DNA from: a virus
Taxonomy: Duplodnaviria > Caudoviricetes
DNA: 64,000 nt
Strand: one strand, 5' to 3'
IMG/VR virus record: IMGVR_UViG_3300025840_004398
In this document: in pieces, positions 54,734-64,000 of the stretch
Numbering within the stretch: position 1 is the first letter of the stretch
Layout: each line of letters starts with the position of its first letter
Program-made: the position numbers and the translations under genes
The notes under the pieces: model-generated
The model's input: the letters and a program-made list of their open reading frames with translations, nothing else
Database searches by the model: none
Told to the model about the DNA's origin: nothing

Positions 54734-57700
54734 ATGGCAGCACCAAACCGCAGGGGTAATTTTAATGGAGAAAAAGTAGGAGAATGGACCTGGTCAGATG
54801 TGACCGGTACATGGCTCAACCTTGGTGGTATTGCTAATCTTGGTAGTAATATCAGTATTACAAATCCATATAGCGAGGCATTTGAAAAACTATCATATAA
54901 TTTAGAAAGAAGTAATATTGCTGTTGATGTTGCAACTTCTCTTAGAGAACAAATGGGCGATTTAAGTGGAGTTGGTAGAGGAATACAAAACCTACAAGCA
55001 ATATATGGTGGAGGTACAACAAACGCCATTTCCATTATTTCTAAACCATATGATATAAAAGTAAATGTTCTCATAAGGAGAAGTCTTTTTAGGGGAGACG
55101 TTCATATTAATGGTTCTTTAAATAATAATACTACTAAAATATATAATGTCAAGGAGCTTTCTAGTACTCTAACATATGATATAAGGGAGAGTGGTAAAAA
55201 AACAAAAGAATCTTATAAAGTATATAGTAGACAAGTTAGTAACATAGGTGGATATCCTACTACCAAATGGGTGGTTTATGTTGATAAGTATATTAATGGT
55301 GTATTCAATTCTAAAAAAACATATGATAAAGATGGTGATTTGGTTATTTTAGAATTTGATACTTCTATTTGGGATACTCCTCCTGTAACCAAAGCCTCAC
55401 CTGTAATTAGTGATGTTAACGATACTTTGGAAACAATTTTAGAACCAACTACAAGTGAACCAATTATAAGAAGAGCTTCAGGTGCAACTGTAAAATTATC
55501 AAGACCATCTATATCAGTATCACCATCATCAACCTCTTATAATTTAAATGATAGTGGTGTTAATATTAGTTGGAATACTACAAACGCAAAATCAGTAAAT
55601 TTCACTTTAGGAAAAGTTAAAAGAACTTTAGGTACTCGTGGTTCATTAACGTTAAGACCTTCCGATTTTCCAAACGGAGCGGGTCAATATACTGCGTATT
55701 TACAACCAGTTGGAGATGGTGGTAGTGGTGATGTGGGTAAGGTTGTTCTAAATGTATTACAAAAAACCACACTTCCTGGTCCTGACATTACCCATATTAC
55801 TTATCCTCAGAATATTATTGGTAAAGATTTCCAAGGGTATGATGTTGATTTTAGAATAGACTGGGCTTCTGTTAATACTGATTGGGTAGATGTTTATGTT
55901 GGTAAAAAATCAAATTCCAATGGATTGGCTTCTAAAAAATCCCCACAGGGTTCTTTGACATTAAACATATCAGATGTTCTTAAAAAAGCAGAAGATAGAT
56001 TATCGGAAGATACTGATGTTGTACAATTTAAATTAATTTTAATTCCATATAACGACCAAGGTGACCAAACAGTAAGTGGTAAGGAAGAAGAAATTTTAAT
56101 TAATTTTGATAAAGGTAATCTTAAACTTCGTAGAGGAGATGTTGTAAGAGATATTAGGGAATCAATTAAGAAACAATTTAATACCGATATTCTAAAAAAT
56201 CAATCTTCAAAATATCTAACTCACATATTACACATAGGAGATGCGGATAATAAGTTAATATCTACATGGGGAATTGATAAAGAAACTTTTTCTGAATATA
56301 GAGTTGTTGATGAGATGACGGGTAGAGAAGAAAAAGTAAAAGAAGTAAAAACTCTTGTACTAAAACTTTATGAACCATTACCAAAAGATATACAACCAAA
56401 CCAACAAGTTTGGATTTCTAAAATAGAATCAATACCAATTATTGAACAAATAACAGTAATTGACGAGGGGGGTGACGATTGTATTGTATTACAACCAAAT
56501 TTAAATGATAAATTTGTTGATAATGTTGGTTTACAAATTTACGATGATTTAATATCAAGTGGTTCTGCAACCTCAACTAATATTATTAATGAAATAGTTA
56601 GTTCTTCTGGTTTTAATTTAGATAAATTAGACATACAGTTTGTTTCTGAATCTGTTTCATTAGTTGGTTCAGAAGAAACAGGATATGTTTACCAAAAATC
56701 GGGTGAAACTTATGCATGGAATAATTTTGTAAAATATTCATCTGCATCGGAAAGGGTACAAAACTTTTGGTATAAATTAGAACTTATTGAGTTTTATGAT
56801 AATAAATTAGAATTGATTACATCTGGTTCTGATTTCACATCTTCTATATCTTTATTAAACGAAAAAAATAGAATAGAACGAAAGAAAAATGAAGTAACAC
56901 TTGGTTTTGATGCATTTGAAAAATGGTTGTACACAAGTTCATCTGTTGATGGTCTTACATATCCAGGTGCAGGTCAGATAACACTATCATCTTCTACGGA
57001 TTCTGATTCTACCGCTTGGTATGAGGGGATTTACAGTTCTGCTCAAAATTATGATAAATACAACACATCAAGACTAGTAAATAACTTACCATCTCATGTT
57101 CAAAACGAAGATGTTGGTCAAGAGTTTGTTCTGTTCTTTGACATGATAGGTCAGCATTTTGATATTCTTTGGTTATATACTAAAGAATTTTCTAAAAGCA
57201 AAAAAATTGAACATAAACAAAAATTTGGAATTAAAGATGAGTTTATATACCAAATGTTAGAATCTCTTGGTTGGGATGCTGATTTAGGTGTTCAATCACA
57301 GGCCTTGTGGGAATATGCTTTTGGTAAATCGAGTGATTCTTCGGTAGAAAGATTAACAAGTGGAAAAGATAGACAAAATCAGGTTTGGAGAAGAATTCTA
57401 AATAACTTACCATACCTTTTAAAACACAAGGGTACAAAAAGAGCACTTCATGCTTTAATGTCTTGTTATGGTGTTCCTGCTTCATTACTAACGGTAATGG
57501 AGTTCGGTGGACCAAAAGACGTTACTCAATCCGGTACAAGTAATTTCACTTATGAGGATAGAACTGCATCTATTAATATAAGTGGGTCTGCTTCCATAAC
57601 GATACCTTGGAAAACACATACATCGGATTATCCAAACTCTGTTGAAATAAGATTAAATACTCAAGAAAGACAAGACCAACAAATAATTAGTGGTTCTAAT

Positions 57701-59626
57701 TGGTCATTAGATGTTTTAAAGGATACCGGCTCATTGGCTACGTTCCAACTAACTGTTGGTTCTGTTTCCTCTTCAACTCAACCAATACCATTCTTCAATG
57801 ATGAGTACACTCAAATTGTTGTAAATAGAGTAACTGGTAGTAGTGGTGATGAATTTACTCTTTATGCAAAAGAGGCATTCCAAGAAAGAATTAGAAACGA
57901 GGTATCAACTACATTATCCGCAACAACAAAAGCGTGGACAAGTGGTAGTGAAATTAAAATTGGTGGAAGTACATTTAATGGTTCGGTTGATGAATTTCGT
58001 TTATGGAAAATTCCATTAGATGAGGTAAATATTGACAACCATACTTTGTTACCTGATGCTATTGATGGTACATCCCCTTCCGCGTCAACCGAAGATTTAA
58101 TTTTAAGACATGACTTCGAATATCCAAAAAACAGAAATACTGATACTGAAATTAAAAACGTATCAATAACAAGAACATATAGTACTGGTTCAATTGCAAG
58201 TGGATTTGATAGTGTTGCTATGTATCCATATCAATATACTCCATATGATAGAACAGTAACCGCAAAAGTTCCTTCAAGTGGATTTAATCTTAATAACAAA
58301 TTAAGATTTGAGTCTCAATATGAATTGGGAGAAACAAATGTATTATCGGCTACATCAAGTATTGATTTATCATATCGTTCTCGTTCAACCAAAAAGTCAT
58401 TTGATAAATCACCAATTGATTCTGATAAATTAGGATTATTTTTCTCTCCAATTAAAGAGATTAATATGGATATCCTAAAATCAGTAGGTCCTTTAAATAT
58501 TGATGATTACATAGGAGACCCATCTGACAATTATAATGATACATATTCTTCATTGGAAACATTTAGAAATTATTATTTCGAAAGATTTAATTTAAATTTC
58601 AATGAATATGTTCAGTTAGTTCGTTATATAGAACGAGGGTTGTTTGACCAACTCGAATCCCTTGTACCAGCAAGAGCTAAAGTTGCAAAAGGTTTACTTT
58701 TTGAACCACATATCTTAGAGAGAAGTAAAACTAAATGGACAAAACCAACAGGTGATGAAAATTACCATGAAACTGTTATTAACACTACTGAAGATACAAT
58801 AGTAACATCAGACAATCCACAATACTTAGCTTTAGTATCTGCTTCTGAAGATACTAAACTTAATGTAGATACTCCATTCTATGATGGACACATTAGTGAA
58901 TCGGATGATACGAGAGTTTCTACTGAAATTTTAAACTATGATGGAACATACTCATCTTTTGATGATACTTCTTTAAGTGGAGTAATTACAAGAAATAGTG
59001 GCTCTACTATGGGAGGATTTGAGATATTTATAGATGCCAAACTAACTGGCTCTGCAAATGCATTCTATGACTCAACTACATTCCAACAAGTAGGTGGATT
59101 CGGTCCTGAAGATTTAGCCGTGGCTGGATTTGGTTTATATGGTAGTGGTTCTCATGCTATTAGAACACGATTTGATTTATATGGGAATATAGTTAAAGAT
59201 AGAATTAAAGTTTTTAAAGTAAAAGAATCTTATACTGAATACGAAAGACAACAAGTTAGTGGTTGGCCTAAAACAACTGGTTCGAATGACCAAGTTGCTT
59301 ATGATGTTGTTGGAGTAGAAAAATATAGAACAAAAGTTACTATACTACCATTTTTAGATTCAAATGGTTCTGAATCAACTGATATTACATCAGGTGGTAA
59401 TATTGTAGAAGTTACACCTTTAAACGGAACATTTTCAACTCATTATAGAATAGTAGAAGATTTAACAAGTGGATTAGAAAATTCATTCTTTAATGGTTCA
59501 AAACAAACAAGCGGAACTACCTTAGATGGTGGTTCACCTGTACAAACATTTACTACTAATCCTAACACACTTAGAGTTAATGATAGTGGTAGAGGTAGTG
59601 GTGAACCAATTTTAGAGGTAGATTAA
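54734..59626 (+). CDS. large baseplate/tail structural protein with LamG-like domain
   Basis: 1630 aa; NNLPYLLKHKGTKRAL (gp7/gpI-like wedge), FNGSVDEFRLW (ConA/LamG). Confidence 0.75.
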   Translation: MAAPNRRGNFNGEKVGEWTWSDVTGTWLNLGGIANLGSNISITNPYSEAFEKLSYNLERSNIAVDVATSLREQMGDLSGVGRGIQNLQAIYGGGTTNAISIISKPYDIKVNVLIRRSLFRGDVHINGSLNNNTTKIYNVKELSSTLTYDIRESGKKTKESYKVYSRQVSNIGGYPTTKWVVYVDKYINGVFNSKKTYDKDGDLVILEFDTSIWDTPPVTKASPVISDVNDTLETILEPTTSEPIIRRASGATVKLSRPSISVSPSSTSYNLNDSGVNISWNTTNAKSVNFTLGKVKRTLGTRGSLTLRPSDFPNGAGQYTAYLQPVGDGGSGDVGKVVLNVLQKTTLPGPDITHITYPQNIIGKDFQGYDVDFRIDWASVNTDWVDVYVGKKSNSNGLASKKSPQGSLTLNISDVLKKAEDRLSEDTDVVQFKLILIPYNDQGDQTVSGKEEEILINFDKGNLKLRRGDVVRDIRESIKKQFNTDILKNQSSKYLTHILHIGDADNKLISTWGIDKETFSEYRVVDEMTGREEKVKEVKTLVLKLYEPLPKDIQPNQQVWISKIESIPIIEQITVIDEGGDDCIVLQPNLNDKFVDNVGLQIYDDLISSGSATSTNIINEIVSSSGFNLDKLDIQFVSESVSLVGSEETGYVYQKSGETYAWNNFVKYSSASERVQNFWYKLELIEFYDNKLELITSGSDFTSSISLLNEKNRIERKKNEVTLGFDAFEKWLYTSSSVDGLTYPGAGQITLSSSTDSDSTAWYEGIYSSAQNYDKYNTSRLVNNLPSHVQNEDVGQEFVLFFDMIGQHFDILWLYTKEFSKSKKIEHKQKFGIKDEFIYQMLESLGWDADLGVQSQALWEYAFGKSSDSSVERLTSGKDRQNQVWRRILNNLPYLLKHKGTKRALHALMSCYGVPASLLTVMEFGGPKDVTQSGTSNFTYEDRTASINISGSASITIPWKTHTSDYPNSVEIRLNTQERQDQQIISGSNWSLDVLKDTGSLATFQLTVGSVSSSTQPIPFFNDEYTQIVVNRVTGSSGDEFTLYAKEAFQERIRNEVSTTLSATTKAWTSGSEIKIGGSTFNGSVDEFRLWKIPLDEVNIDNHTLLPDAIDGTSPSASTEDLILRHDFEYPKNRNTDTEIKNVSITRTYSTGSIASGFDSVAMYPYQYTPYDRTVTAKVPSSGFNLNNKLRFESQYELGETNVLSATSSIDLSYRSRSTKKSFDKSPIDSDKLGLFFSPIKEINMDILKSVGPLNIDDYIGDPSDNYNDTYSSLETFRNYYFERFNLNFNEYVQLVRYIERGLFDQLESLVPARAKVAKGLLFEPHILERSKTKWTKPTGDENYHETVINTTEDTIVTSDNPQYLALVSASEDTKLNVDTPFYDGHISESDDTRVSTEILNYDGTYSSFDDTSLSGVITRNSGSTMGGFEIFIDAKLTGSANAFYDSTTFQQVGGFGPEDLAVAGFGLYGSGSHAIRTRFDLYGNIVKDRIKVFKVKESYTEYERQQVSGWPKTTGSNDQVAYDVVGVEKYRTKVTILPFLDSNGSESTDITSGGNIVEVTPLNGTFSTHYRIVEDLTSGLENSFFNGSKQTSGTTLDGGSPVQTFTTNPNTLRVNDSGRGSGEPILEVD

Positions 59627-59658
59627 TAAAAGAAAATAATTAAAAATTATAAATGTTA

Positions 59659-59666
59659 TATTTATA
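59659..59666 (+). promoter_or_regulatory. candidate late-promoter motif TATTTATA
   Basis: intergenic, followed by AAGAGGA and ATG 59692. Confidence 0.55.
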
Positions 59667-59691
59667 TATTGAATAACAAGAGGAATAAATT

Positions 59692-60321
59692 ATGGCTTAT
59701 TTAGATAATTCAACAATTACCGTAGATGCAATTCTTACTAAAAAGGGTAGAGAAAAACTTGCAGCCGGTCAAGGTTTAAACATTACAAAGTTTGCTTTGG
59801 GTGATGATGAGGTAGATTACACTCTATACGAACCAGCACATCCAAAAGGTTCTGCATATTATGATGCAGCAATTAGAGCAATCCCAATCACAGAAGCTTC
59901 ACCAGATGAAACTCAAGTATTAAAATACAAATTGGTAACTTTACCAAAAGGAACAAAGAAGATTCCAAAAGTAGAATTTGGTGTTCCGAATATTTCGGTG
60001 AACCAAACTTCAGGTCAAGTTGCTTTATCACCAACTACATCCCCAAGTGGAAATTCACAAGCAGGATATACAGTAGTTCTTTCAAACAAAAACGCTGGTT
60101 CTGTAATTGGTGAAGGAGCGGGAGCTGGAAGTGGAACTGTACCAGTATTCTTAGGAGATGAAATTACAACAACTGCAGCAGTAGAAACGGGTCTTACATT
60201 TACATTTATTCCTAACCCAAATATTACTACTACTATTAAGACAACATTGACTGTATATGGTAACGAAACAGGTGGTTCACAAACTATTCCTGTTACGGTA
60301 ACCTATGTACAACCAACATAA
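59692..60321 (+). CDS. tail/baseplate protein (DUF3751 N-half-like)
   Basis: AILTKKGREKLAAGQGLNITKFALGDDE. Confidence 0.6.
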   Translation: MAYLDNSTITVDAILTKKGREKLAAGQGLNITKFALGDDEVDYTLYEPAHPKGSAYYDAAIRAIPITEASPDETQVLKYKLVTLPKGTKKIPKVEFGVPNISVNQTSGQVALSPTTSPSGNSQAGYTVVLSNKNAGSVIGEGAGAGSGTVPVFLGDEITTTAAVETGLTFTFIPNPNITTTIKTTLTVYGNETGGSQTIPVTVTYVQPT

Positions 60322-60340
60322 TAAAGAGGAACAATAAAAG

Positions 60341-61552
60341 ATGGCACAAATAACAGGACAAGCAGGAGTAAATTTATCTACCGAATTAGCTAATTATTTA
60401 TCAGCTAATCAAGGTAACCTCACTTCTGAACAATTAAGTCAAATTATCAATAACTATTTGACTGGTGGTGATAAATTAGCCACTCAGGGTGGTTCAGTAA
60501 CACAAGGAATCTATAAAAGATTTGGTGAATTTGACCAAGTAACTGGAAAAGTTGAAGTGGTAACTACTGGTTTGTGGAGTGGAGATACTGGTAGTTTAAC
60601 TACTTTCTATACTTCATCTGCTCAAGTATCCGCTGCAAGTGGAGATTATTACTATAATGTTTATAATACCGCAGAAACTTCATCAGTACAATTCGCAGTT
60701 GCATATGGACATAGATTGGGTAGTGGTTCGGTATCATTAGCTAATAATGATAATTCAACAGTGGCTACAAAAGCAACTTACGCACAATACAAACAAATTT
60801 TATTAGAACAAGATGATTCTCAATTTACATTTTTCTCATCTTCTGCAGCGGGAACTCATGATTCGGATGCCATCTATGTAATCAATGTTGCTCGAGCAAG
60901 ATACAAAGAAAAAATGGATGCAGGAAACTGGACACTTTGTTTAAGTGGTTCTAATGGTGTTTCTTATTTCATTGATGATAGTGGTAAGAAATTCGATGAT
61001 ACGGTTGGTAAAGCTGGTAGAGTGTTTAATGTGGTAAGTGGTTCTCTTAACTTAGGAACTGAAAATGCTGCAACTGTTAATACTGCAACTGCTTCTAACG
61101 GACAAGGATTTGGATTGTTCTATCCAGACCAAGGTCTTATCGTACTTAACCCAGCCGCTATATCTAATGTAGTTGGTTCTGAACTTTCACCTTCGGATAG
61201 TGTAACTGTTGAACAAGAAAACCATAAATTACTATGGAATTCTATTAAATTAGGAGCGGGTTCATCTACCAATCCAGGATTTGAAGCTCGTAGAACTGAA
61301 AATGTTTCTACATCTCATTATTTTGTAAGAGCAACAAACAGAGAATTTAATTATTCAAATAACCCCTCATTCGTAACAGGTTCGGATGGAACATTTGCAG
61401 AATCTACTTTTGAGAAAGACCCAAAAACTTTCATCACAACGGTAGGACTTTATTCTGATGCAAATGAACTTATCGCGGTAGCTAAAACTTCACAACCAAT
61501 TGCTAAATCATTTGATAAAGAAGTATTAATCAAAGTAAAACTTGATTTTTAA
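60341..61552 (+). CDS. tail/baseplate structural protein
   Basis: EFNYSNNPSF; ITTVGLYSDANELIAVAKTSQPI; paralog of 61628. Confidence 0.75.
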   Translation: MAQITGQAGVNLSTELANYLSANQGNLTSEQLSQIINNYLTGGDKLATQGGSVTQGIYKRFGEFDQVTGKVEVVTTGLWSGDTGSLTTFYTSSAQVSAASGDYYYNVYNTAETSSVQFAVAYGHRLGSGSVSLANNDNSTVATKATYAQYKQILLEQDDSQFTFFSSSAAGTHDSDAIYVINVARARYKEKMDAGNWTLCLSGSNGVSYFIDDSGKKFDDTVGKAGRVFNVVSGSLNLGTENAATVNTATASNGQGFGLFYPDQGLIVLNPAAISNVVGSELSPSDSVTVEQENHKLLWNSIKLGAGSSTNPGFEARRTENVSTSHYFVRATNREFNYSNNPSFVTGSDGTFAESTFEKDPKTFITTVGLYSDANELIAVAKTSQPIAKSFDKEVLIKVKLDF

Positions 61553-61571
61553 TCTAACTTAACCTATGAAC

Positions 61572-61599
61572 AACCCCACTTCGGTGGGGTTTTTTGTTT
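61572..61599 (+). terminator. intrinsic terminator
   Basis: AACCCCAC-TTCG-GTGGGGTT plus T-run. Confidence 0.88.
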
Positions 61600-61604
61600 C
61601 CATA

Positions 61605-61612
61605 TATTTATA
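61605..61612 (+). promoter_or_regulatory. candidate late-promoter motif TATTTATA
   Basis: directly after the terminator, then AGAGGA and ATG 61628. Confidence 0.55.
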
Positions 61613-61627
61613 TAGAGGAATTATCGT

Positions 61628-62758
61628 ATGTTAAAATCAATACCAAAATCAAATATATCTCATAGGAGTTTTAAAGTCTATAAGAGATTTACAGCAGACC
61701 AATCAGTTTATCCGGTAATAAAGGCATATTCTGAGGATGGGGTGTTTGATTCCGATACATTCACTAAAGATGAAGGTGTATATGTTCATTTGATTTATAA
61801 ATCAATTGAAAAAAAATATTATACTGATAATGGTTTATTAAACAATTATGGTTTAACTAATAAAAATCGTACATTTGCGGAAGAACGAGAATTTGGTGAT
61901 ACTATTTATGTAATAAAAATAAATCAATCAAAATTTGGTGAGAGAATCAAACCAGGTTCTTTAGACATTACAGATACAGATAGAAACATTACATATATAG
62001 ATAGTGGTGATGGTAGATTGACAAGTTCTTCTCCAACTTATGTTATAACAAGTTTAGATGTTGAAAATGGAACATTGACTTTATCGATAGATGGTAATGA
62101 TGTCATTTTAACAGTTACTTCAATTGATTTGGAAACAGGTGCTGCAATTTTGACCTATGGTTCTTCTACTGATACTGAATTTATATCTATTATTGATTTT
62201 GAAAATGATACAATTACTTTTACTGCTGAACTTCAGTTTGGTAGTTTGCAATTTCCAAGACAAGATTTTGGAAATATATTTTACTCAGATGGTTTAATTG
62301 TATTTACAGAACTTGATGTTGATTTAGAAAATTATGAAATAGAATATAGAGCAACACAAACAATACACGAAACCGAAGTTTTACTTGAAGCAAAATCAGG
62401 CGAATTTAATTTCTCACAAAACCCATCTGCTGTTGATGTTACACTTAGTGGTTCGTATGATTTTACTACAACCGCAATTACAAATGTATCACCTGCTAAA
62501 ACAGTTAAAATTAAAGAAGTTTTAGATATATCACAAAAAACATCTTATGATGGTTCATATGGTTCTAATACTGGCTCTTGGGATGATTATGATAATTATA
62601 AAATTACAGACCCAACTGGTTCATATTTAGCTCCGTTTGTAACAACTATTGGGTTATATGATAACGAAGGTAATATGATTGCGGTAGCTAAATTACCTCA
62701 ACCAATTAAGAATTTACCAGATTATGATGTGAACTTTATTGTTCGTTTTGATACTTAG
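61628..62758 (+). CDS. tail/baseplate structural protein, paralog of 60341
   Basis: EFNFSQNPSA; VTTIGLYDNEGNMIAVAKLPQPI. Confidence 0.75.
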   Translation: MLKSIPKSNISHRSFKVYKRFTADQSVYPVIKAYSEDGVFDSDTFTKDEGVYVHLIYKSIEKKYYTDNGLLNNYGLTNKNRTFAEEREFGDTIYVIKINQSKFGERIKPGSLDITDTDRNITYIDSGDGRLTSSSPTYVITSLDVENGTLTLSIDGNDVILTVTSIDLETGAAILTYGSSTDTEFISIIDFENDTITFTAELQFGSLQFPRQDFGNIFYSDGLIVFTELDVDLENYEIEYRATQTIHETEVLLEAKSGEFNFSQNPSAVDVTLSGSYDFTTTAITNVSPAKTVKIKEVLDISQKTSYDGSYGSNTGSWDDYDNYKITDPTGSYLAPFVTTIGLYDNEGNMIAVAKLPQPIKNLPDYDVNFIVRFDT

Positions 62759-62762
62759 AACA

Positions 62763-62770
62763 TATTTATA
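62763..62770 (+). promoter_or_regulatory. candidate late-promoter motif TATTTATA
   Basis: intergenic, then AAGAGGA and ATG 62790. Confidence 0.55.
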
Positions 62771-62789
62771 CTAAAAGAGGAAGATTATT

Positions 62790-62975
62790 ATGGCTTCAAT
62801 TAAAGACTTATACGACAAATCAGATTTTTCTAAATATCCATTGGGTACTAAATTAGACAAAACACCAATCGAAGCGGATGGTGGTAAAGATTTGTCTAAA
62901 GATGAAAAGGCTCTTGAAAAAGCAAGAGGAGCTAAATTAAATCTGAAAAAATACTCAGATTCGGTTCAATACTAA
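62790..62975 (+). CDS. small hypothetical protein
   Basis: ORF track; SD present. Confidence 0.8.
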   Translation: MASIKDLYDKSDFSKYPLGTKLDKTPIEADGGKDLSKDEKALEKARGAKLNLKKYSDSVQY

Positions 62976-62986
62976 ACCAATCACTT

Positions 62987-63556
62987 TTGAGTTTATTAAT
63001 CAATCATTTTAACAAATGGGGGTTTGTTCATATACCAAAAACTGGTGGAACAACAATATCTACTGTGCTTAGAACTCAACCAAATACAGAAGTGTTGGAT
63101 TCTCACAATTCTATAAATAAATTATCTGATATAAATGGATATTATATATTTTCTTGTGTTAGAAATCCTTTTACAAGATTAGCTTCTACATATTATCACG
63201 AATGTAGAAAATCACAACAAATACCCTTTTCTAATTTTTTAAAAGAGATAGACAAGAATTATATATTATATCTTCCCCAAAGTTATTATTTAAAAACCGG
63301 TAAGGAACTTAATCAAAATATATCGTACATTTGTAGGTACGAAAATTTTATAAACGATTTTAAAAATGTACTTGATAAATTAAATATATCGAGTCAAATT
63401 CCTCACCTAAATCGTAATCCAATTTATGATAGACATCCAAACTTAAATCAAGAACAATATTATAAGTTTTTGTATCAAGAGGAGTGGATGAAAGATTGGG
63501 TACGAGAAAGGTACGAAGATGATTTCAAAATTTTTAACTATGACATGGACATATAA
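62987..63556 (+). CDS. sulfotransferase family 2 protein
   Basis: FVHIPKTGGTTI; VRNPFTRLAS; ICRYEN; TTG start. Confidence 0.88.
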   Translation: MSLLINHFNKWGFVHIPKTGGTTISTVLRTQPNTEVLDSHNSINKLSDINGYYIFSCVRNPFTRLASTYYHECRKSQQIPFSNFLKEIDKNYILYLPQSYYLKTGKELNQNISYICRYENFINDFKNVLDKLNISSQIPHLNRNPIYDRHPNLNQEQYYKFLYQEEWMKDWVRERYEDDFKIFNYDMDI

Positions 63557-64000
63557 AGGAAAACTAATAACTGAATTATCAGACATGCCCGAAGATGTAT
63601 TTGGGTTTATTTACAAAATAACAAATGGTAAAACTGATGAATACTATATTGGAAAAAAACAAGTAGTTTCAGTTCGTAAAAGAAATTTCGGTAAAAAAGA
63701 AATTGCTGCTCTTGAAGATAAGAGAATGAAAAAATACGAAATGGTTACCAAAGAATCTGATTGGAAAACATATCGTTCATCCAATGGAACAGTAAGAATG
63801 TGGTTTCACGAAAATGATAAAGCTCTTAAAGAAGATAGAAGAGATGATATCAATGACCAACTAAAATTAGAGATACTTCATTTTTGTTCAAATAAAAAAT
63901 CACTTACATATTACGAACTACAAGAACAGTTTGCACATAATGTTCTTGCTGATGAAAATTCACTAAACGATAATCTTCTTGGAAAATTTTTTCGAAAAGA
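63540..64000 (+). CDS. GIY-YIG family nuclease (T4 endonuclease II-like), truncated by the window edge
   Basis: read by hand: MTWTYKG...FGFIYKITN..TDEYYIGKK...ESDWKTYRSS. Confidence 0.8.
   Translation, partial: MTWTYKGKLITELSDMPEDVFGFIYKITNGKTDEYYIGKKQVVSVRKRNFGKKEIAALEDKRMKKYEMVTKESDWKTYRSSNGTVRMWFHENDKALKEDRRDDINDQLKLEILHFCSNKKSLTYYELQEQFAHNVLADENSLNDNLLGKFFRK

Noticed and set aside
45450-62770. TATTTATA as T4 late promoters driving minus-strand transcription
   Set aside because: No credible minus-strand genes lie downstream in that orientation; position before + strand starts fits a forward-acting motif better.
63540-64000. Homing endonuclease or intron at the right edge
   Set aside because: It resembles free-standing endonuclease II-like GIY-YIG proteins and shows no intron structure; it is truncated, so this cannot be resolved here.

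Overview
A 64-kb fragment of a large, probably jumbo, myovirus genome infecting Bacteroidota, most likely Flavobacteriia. I see no integrase or host chromosomal context. Every supportable gene (about 110 CDS and 5 dispersed tRNAs) is on the + strand. Host evidence: 11 Bacteroidetes-type sigma-A promoters (TTTG-N20-TAnnTTT[G/A]), a DUF6952-like gene, and TTATG-type starts without Shine-Dalgarno (SD) sequences. Bases 1-45 kb hold early and accessory genes: ParB-like, GH6 cellulase, PhoH, dCMP deaminase, NT5C, Hsp20, IscA, UvsE, SF2 helicase, MetK, PDF, a lysozyme-like protein and a sigma-factor-like protein. Bases 45.5-62.8 kb hold a T4-like baseplate/tail module (gp5-like, gp25, gp6 and large structural proteins). 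The most striking unexplained feature is an arsenal of about 18 tailoring enzymes scattered among the core genes: 4 radical SAM, 4 SGNH-like, 3 2OG-Fe(II) oxygenases, 3 sulfotransferases, 2 GT-like, a flavin halogenase and a carbamoyltransferase. Fourteen of these unrelated enzymes end in the same short C-terminal tag (Lys-rich, then two aliphatic residues), which is rare in the other proteins. Three catalytically dead stand-alone Hint domains sit next to tagged enzymes, and two distant late proteins share a 25-aa motif. Together these suggest an undescribed tag-organised modification system. All family assignments come from motif recognition by eye; no database searches were run.
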